64,000 nt of DNA from Eledone cirrhosa. Taxonomy: Eukaryota. The DNA lies in contig OZ024748.1 of the NCBI GenBank assembly GCA_964016885.1, positions 35,712,001 to 35,776,000 on the forward strand, read 5' to 3'. This document shows, in pieces, positions 57,291-64,000 of this stretch. The first letter of the stretch is position 1. Every line of letters begins with the position of its first letter. Both the position numbers and the translations under genes were made by a program. The notes under the pieces were generated by a model. It did not search any database, was not told where the DNA came from, and saw only the letters and a program-made list of their open reading frames with translations.

Positions 57291-57536
57291 CTCTCTGTCA
57301 TTCTCAATATTACTCCCTACCTTCTCTTTCTTTCTCTCCTTCTTGCTCTATCTCTAGCTTCTTTCCTTTCCCAATATCTATCTCTCTATCTATCTACATA
57401 TCACTCTCTCCCTCTCTCTCCCTCTCCCCCTCTCTCTATTTCTCTCTGATACAATAGCTGGAGACCATAAATTCTATTCACAGTTCATGAATCAATTGCA
57501 TTGGATTTTCAAAACACATACACAGGTCTCTCTCTC

Positions 57537-57640
<104 letters not shown>

Positions 57641-57756
57641 GAAGAGAGAAGAAACATTTAGATATAATTAGTAATAAAATGAGGTTGGCACCCTTAACTC
57701 AGGGTTGGGTGTGGATGCATTCATGTATATGTGTGTCCCCGCATGTATCTGTGTGT

Positions 57757-57810
<54 letters not shown>

Positions 57811-57849
57811 GATATTAACAAATGGAAACTATATTTATAAAATCATATC

Positions 57850-57914
57850 TATTTTATTATACATATTTCAAGGATACCATGTTAAATTATGGTATGCTTT
57901 CATCAGACAAAATA
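57850..57914 (-). ncRNA. Type I hammerhead ribozyme (family D)
   Basis: Reverse complement of the motif at 58043. Confidence 0.8.
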
Positions 57915-58042
57915 CAATATATACCAGTTTTATAAATAAATATTGACATACTCTTTCAAAATGCAACCGTTACTTTTGGAAGACATTTGGTTGCATTTTG
58001 AAAGGGTATGTCAATATTTATTTATAAAACTGGTATATATTG

Positions 58043-58107
58043 TATTTTGTCTGATGAAAGCATACCATAATTTAACATGGTATCCTTGAAATATGTATAA
58101 TGAAATA
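58043..58107 (+). ncRNA. Type I hammerhead ribozyme (family D)
   Basis: TATTTTGT-CTGATGA-AAGcATACCAT..ATGGTATcCTT-GAAA-TATGTA-TA-ATGAAATA. Confidence 0.82.
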
Positions 58108-58394
58108 GATATGGTTTTATAAATATAGTTTCCATTTGTTAATATCGTATATTTACTCCAAATACTTGTCGAGTGCTTTTTATCAGTTATAAAAATATTT
58201 GCTTGTTGTATCCCAACAATTTAAATAGAACTTTTGCATATATATATATATATATATATATATGCAAAAGTTTTATTTAAGATTGTTGGGTTACAACGAG
58301 TAAATATTTTATAACTGATATAAAAGCATTCAACAGTTTCTGGAGTAGGTTTACGATATTAAACAAATGGAAACTATATTTATAAAACCATATT

Positions 58395-58460
58395 TATTTC
58401 GTTATATATATTTCTGGGATATCATATTAAAAATATGGTATGCCTTCCTCAGACAAAATA
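58395..58460 (-). ncRNA. Type I hammerhead ribozyme (family D)
   Basis: Reverse complement of the motif at 58617. Confidence 0.78.
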
Positions 58461-58616
58461 CAATACATAAGCTGTTTTATAAATAATTATTGACATACCT
58501 TATAATAATGGAACTTCCATTTAAAAAGTTGATTTGGTACCAAATCAACTTTTTAAATGGAAGTTCCATTATTATAAGGTATGTCAATAATTATTTATAA
58601 AACAGCTTATGTATTG

Positions 58617-58682
58617 TATTTTGTCTGAGGAAGGCATACCATATTTTTAATATGATATCCCAGAAATATATATAACGAAATA
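58617..58682 (+). ncRNA. Type I hammerhead ribozyme (family D)
   Basis: TATTTTGT-CTGAGGA-aGG..CATATT ttt AATATG..CCa-GAAA-TATATA-TA-ACGAAATA. Confidence 0.78.
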
Positions 58683-58722
58683 AATATGGTTTTATAAATA
58701 TAGTTTCCATTTGTTTAATATC

Positions 58723-58777
<55 letters not shown>

Positions 58778-59006
58778 CGAGTAGGACCCCGACGGCTGAG
58801 CTCAAGCCGTTTCGACGGCTAATTCTGGACGTTATGGTCCACCTTGTTCCTTACCACATTTCCTTCGTTATATATATATATATATATATATAAGTTGAAA
58901 AAAAATGAAAACGAAATTTCATTTCTCACTCTTAGTATGGCACTTACTTAAATGTAAGTATGTATGTATACGTACATACATATATGTATACAGACGTACA
59001 GTAGCA

Positions 59007-59078
<72 letters not shown>

Positions 59079-59170
59079 CAAACGAACAAAGCGGCGTTAT
59101 AATAAGCGTCCGCTAAACTGATGCGTGCATATATGTATGTGTACCTGTATGTATATATATATATATATAT

Positions 59171-59878
59171 AAACAATTAAGTTAAAAATGTACATCCACA
59201 TATGTATACTGAAATACTAGTATGCATATGAATACACACACGTGTACATATGTAGATGTACCGAGTTTTTCACTGGACACTTTACTGTGAGTGTCCAGCT
59301 ATTCTGTATGTAAACACACAGACAAACCGGTTTTTAGAGTCATACTGGTTTTCGAGGAAACACCTTTCCTCTATTCTCCAGAAAGCCAGACAAGGAATAT
59401 TGGACTAGTTTCGATGTTGTTACATCTCATCAGCAATATTTACCTATCTTCCGGCCTTTCTAGAGAATCGTAAAAGCACATATCGTTATATGCTTTTTCT
59501 ATGAAAATTAGTAGTGGGCAGACTAATTTGCATAGAGCGTGAGTACGTACCGGTTCAGCGGAGACGATAAAAACAAATAACGAAACGAAATTAAATTTCG
59601 TTTCGTTTGTAACTCACTTTTGTATGACTGACGCTTAAACAATTAAGTTAAAAATGTACATCCACATATGTATACTGAAATACTAGTATGCATATGAATA
59701 CACACACGTGTACATATGTAGATGTACCGAGTTTTTCACTGGACACTTTACTGTGAGTGTCCAGCTATTCTGTATGTAAACACACAGACAAACCGGTTTT
59801 TAGAGTCATACTGGTTTTCGAGGAAACACCTTTCCTCTATTCTCCAGAAAGCCAGACAAGGAATATTGGACTAGTTTC
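59171..59878 (-). repeat. Family B diverged copy, ~1.5 tandem units
   Basis: Similar to 6011-7202; 59171-59410 repeated at ~59637-59878. Confidence 0.9.
59396..59440 (-). ncRNA. Type I hammerhead ribozyme (family B variant)
   Basis: AATATTG-CTGATGA-GATGT aaca ACATC-GAAA-CTAG-TC-CAATATT; compensatory stem II change relative to 6463. Confidence 0.9.
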
Positions 59879-60098
59879 ATAAATACTTACATATATATAT
59901 ATATTCAGGTTTGAGGTTCACCACTGGATAGAGCTGGTCAATTCCGTATGGTCAATCTTAATGTAATAATATGGAGAGTACTCAACGTAAAGCAGTTCAA
60001 CCGTCTCTGTTTTTGTAGCTGGTGGTGCTAGTACGGAGTTAAATATTATAATGAAATAACAGGAGGCTGGACTTGTGTAAATCCTTGAAAGGTTTATT

Positions 60099-60156
60099 AT
60101 ACTATGATCATTTCAATGACCGGGTTCCGTATGAATCCGGTGATATCATCAGGTAT
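60099..60156 (-). ncRNA. Type I hammerhead ribozyme (single-copy family)
   Basis: ATAC-CTGATGA-tatcACCGG..CCGGTcatt-GAAA-TGATCA-TA-GTAT, within a TA-flanked segment at 59904-60176. Confidence 0.75.
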
Positions 60157-60195
60157 TCGAAATATAATAAGTGAATGTATATATATATATATATA

Positions 60196-60530
60196 TTCTT
60201 AAAGACCTGAAAATCCTCCTCTTCATTGCTGTAGTGGAGTCTGTGCTGCTGTACGGGTCTGAGACTTGGACACTGACCAAGAAACTCACTCAGATGGTGG
60301 ATGGGTGCTACACGAGAATGCTGAGGATGGCTCTGAACATTAATCAGTATACACTGAGGATGAAAATCTCAGATGAAAAACTGGAAGAGGAAGACCGAGG
60401 TTAACGTATGTTGATGCCCTAAGGACAGACACTGGTCTGTTGGAGATGCAGGACATGGCAGCGATAATGAGGGACACAGACTGCTGGAGAGAACTCGTCC
60501 ATGGATCTCGGCAATTTTACCCGCCCTAGA
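60196..60530 (+). mobile_element. RTE-like LINE 3' fragment
   Basis: VESVLLYGSETWTLTKK..VDGCYTRMLRMALNI..RGRPR. Confidence 0.75.
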
Positions 60531-60545
60531 TAGATATATATATCG

Positions 60546-60725
<180 letters not shown>

Positions 60726-60765
60726 GTATATAAATTTTCTTCTGCGTTCACAGATTGATTTTTTT

Positions 60766-60816
60766 AGTTTCAGAAGATCCCGTTAAGGGTGAAAGCAGCG
60801 ATTTTTTGCTTAAACT
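60766..60816 (+). ncRNA. Variant hammerhead (CAGAAGA core, family G)
   Basis: AGTTT-CAGAAGA-TCCC gttaa GGGT-GAAA-GCAG..TTGC-TT-AAACT. Confidence 0.6.
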
Positions 60817-60827
60817 TTAATCTGTTA

Positions 60828-60904
<77 letters not shown>

Positions 60905-61329
60905 AGTTTATTAATGTTTATACAAGGACCAAAAGTGCTACCAAAGGTTTCAAGGCCCAATTCTGACCCTCTCCACATATTATAAGAGCGATCAAATTTG
61001 TGACCTAGTCGTTAGGCGCTTGGGCGAGTTTGAAGAAACAGTTAGACATTTAGCGAAATAAAACGTCTTTAGGAAAAGGTATTATAACCAAAGGAAATAA
61101 CTGAGAGATGTAAATTTGAAATGGTAATGTAGTTTTTAGGTGTGTGAGAGTGTGAGCAATATAGCAATGTATGGTATAATGTGGTGGTATGTAATATAGA
61201 GAGGTTTATATTAAACTATGGAGTTGATAAGTATAGCAGGTGTACTGTATTATGTGTGGAAGAAGGAAAGGTAAGAAAGTATAGAGATCTATATTAAGAA
61301 GTTGAAACTCAGTTGAATTCATTGTTTCC

Positions 61330-61500
61330 AAGGAGTTGACTTATGAGATGTAGACTTCCTCAAGACATTTCTTTCTTAGAATTCAAATAATTATTGTTCG
61401 GAGACGACAAACTTTGTAATATAATAAATTTTTCACTGAGGCAGAGACAATATCTATTGGTACCGTCCGACTCTGGAATCGATAGCTCATCAATCACGTG
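61330..61500 (-). mobile_element. PLE GIY-YIG C-terminal remnant
   Basis: NRYCLCLSEKFIIL...YLNSKKEM, like the CGLCIDERINIL..LNTRNE tail of the ORF at 4082. Confidence 0.55.
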
Positions 61501-61739
61501 TGAATAAACATAATGATGTTACATTGATACTTCGTTCCTGCTCATTATTATCATTATTATTTTCATTATTATTATCATTATTATTATTATCATCATTATT
61601 AACACTCTGCTTCTTAAGGCTATCGACAATGGTGAAACACCGAATGTAGAATCCCACATTGGTAGTCAGACCCAGATATTTGCATTGGAATCACTACTCT
61701 ATAGTTTGAACAGTTTTGTGAACACTCGGCGTAGTTTGT

Positions 61740-61792
<53 letters not shown>

Positions 61793-62341
61793 TCTATCTC
61801 CCTCTCTCTCTCTCCCTCTCCCCTTCTCTCTCTATCCACAGTTCTGTCTTTTGTCATCATCAATTGCTATGTCTTCTGTGTTAGGGAAACCATGAGCATC
61901 TCAATTCCACGTTCAAATGAAATTATAATCAGACGGGTTCTAATCTCAAATAGAATTATTCTCCAACACATCCCAAATGGTTTCCCCAAGGACAACACTT
62001 CGATCTAAAGAACTCTAATTGCATAACAATATAGCTCAGGAGACAACAAACAATATTCTACCATACACACACATACACATAGAGACACACACACATATAT
62101 ACACACATACAAACATATATACGCCATACACATGTGTATACGCACAAACACGCATATAAACATATATGCGCACATACACACACATGTATATATACACACA
62201 TAAACACACTCATGTATATATATATATATAACGAAGGAAATGTGGTAAGGAAGCAGATGGACCATAACGCACCAAAGTACTCAATACTGTCCAGAATTAG
62301 CCGTCGAAACGGCTTGAGCTCAGCCGTCGGGGTCCTACTCG

Positions 62342-62399
<58 letters not shown>

Positions 62400-62659
62400 A
62401 ACACAAATACACGAGTGTACACATAATGGTAAATGCCCCGAGCAAACGAGGGGTCATCTAGGTGGTAGTTTGTCATGCTAGAAATAGCAACCACATTTCC
62501 CTCAATGCTGTCTTTGAAAAAAGGGAAGAGTATATTGGACAATGTAATTCCTGACATACAAAAAGACAGTATGGTCATAGATGGAGCGTCTTTGACCATA
62601 GTTGCTGATGCAACGTTGGCTTAGGTTTAAATAACAGCAACAATAGAGTTTAGGGGAGC

Positions 62660-62787
62660 TTTTTATGATGATGATGACGATGGGGACGAGGATAAGAATG
62701 ATGAAGATGATAATAACGATGATGATGGTGATGACAATGATGATGACAATGATGATGATAAGGAAGATGAGACGATGATGATAACGG

Positions 62788-62819
<32 letters not shown>

Positions 62820-63215
62820 TTGTTGTGATAATGATAAGGATGATGATAATGATGATGATGGGTTCTCCGTCGGTTTCGAGAATCAACATTCAGTTGTTAG
62901 ATCAACAACGACGAGAACAACTACAAGAACAACAACAAGAACAACAACGAGAACAACAACGAGAACAACAACGAGAACAACAACGAGAACAACAACGATA
63001 ACAACAACAACCACAATAACAATGATGATAACAACCACAAAAAGAACAACAACAACAACAACAACAACAACTACAACAATCACAACAAGAACTACAAGAA
63101 CAACAACAACAACGACGACGACAACAACCTAATCAACAACAACAACCACAAGAAGAAGAAGAAGAAGAAGAAGAAGAAGAAGAAGAAGAAGAAGAAGAAG
63201 AAGAAGAAAAAGAAA
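62660..63215. repeat. (GAT)n, (AAC)n, (AAG)n microsatellites
   Basis: Direct reading. Confidence 0.93.
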
Positions 63216-63390
63216 TGTTATTATCAGATAAAAGAGATGAAAGAATATGTCTAGAATGTTCCTTGTGAGAAGACCTCAAACAAGACATAAGCCAATAGAT
63301 TGAAGCAATCGTAATATCTCGCTTTAGCTGATTATATCATTATAAAATTCCAGATTATTAAAGTAATCTTGAAAGTGTATATTACAATAC

Positions 63391-63421
<31 letters not shown>

Positions 63422-64000
63422 AGTGGAAGCTTAGTAAAATCGAAGCTTTGGCTGTGGCCAAGCTAACGACCTACAATTAGGAATGAGCAGCAAAGCACTC
63501 AATAAGATAGTAGGCCTTAGAGTAATAACATACGTTTAGACAGCTTGACAAATTGAAGATTGCAGCAGGCAGACCTAACCACACAATACCAAAAAGATCG
63601 AAAAAAATAATCAGGTTAGACAACTGACTTGGACATTTCGAACTGGACATATCGAACGATATTTTGCAATACGTCCGATAGGTTTCTATGAAACCGATAT
63701 CATCCATCCAGCTTACGTAATATGTAAGCCTGTGATATTTTATGATCGAACAGAGGATTCACATCGGCAACAGGAATTTTGTTCTATGCCTCAAGCCGAT
63801 GTGGACTGGAGCACTGAACTGCTATCGTTAGCAGCCCCCAGTGTTTCACTGTCACGTGTTATTTCCAACAAGGGAAGTAATCCCCGGTTTTTGCCGGGTA
63901 AATCCAAAGTGTGAACAATGGGAATCAATTCTGTTCCACATTCCGAATAAAAAGCTCTCGACTAGACGTTATTAAACAAACATAAATAATTAACCAATCA

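Larger units (their letters stand above)
57808..58724. repeat. Two adjacent family D fold-back insertions (57808-58240, 58262-58724)
   Basis: Each has inverted arms (centres near 57975 and 58538) with an HHR in each arm. Confidence 0.9.

Overview
Eukaryotic, AT- and microsatellite-rich intergenic/intronic DNA with no recognisable host gene. The SINE and repeat complement suggests an octopod cephalopod (inference, not checked). The window is a nest of microsatellite-associated mobile elements: one near-intact Neptune-type Penelope-like element (PLE; RT + GIY-YIG), several decayed Hydra-clade-like PLEs, an RTE LINE with non-autonomous derivatives, two R4-clade RLE LINEs in (CATA)n, a CRE-like fragment, two non-autonomous Helitrons, tRNA-derived SINEs and a tRNA-Trp pseudogene. 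The standout is about 30 hand-folded type I hammerhead ribozyme (HHR) motifs from about 12 non-coding repeat families. They sit in tandem and fold-back arrays inserted into (TA)n, resembling retrozymes or PLE pseudo-LTRs. They include a 310-bp x8 bidirectional array, helix covariation between copies, non-canonical cores (U3-A8, A4, C4) and one insertion that starts exactly at the predicted cleavage site. The Neptune PLE also shows a candidate -1 programmed frameshift (U UUU UUA). All folds and alignments were done by eye, and element boundaries are approximate.
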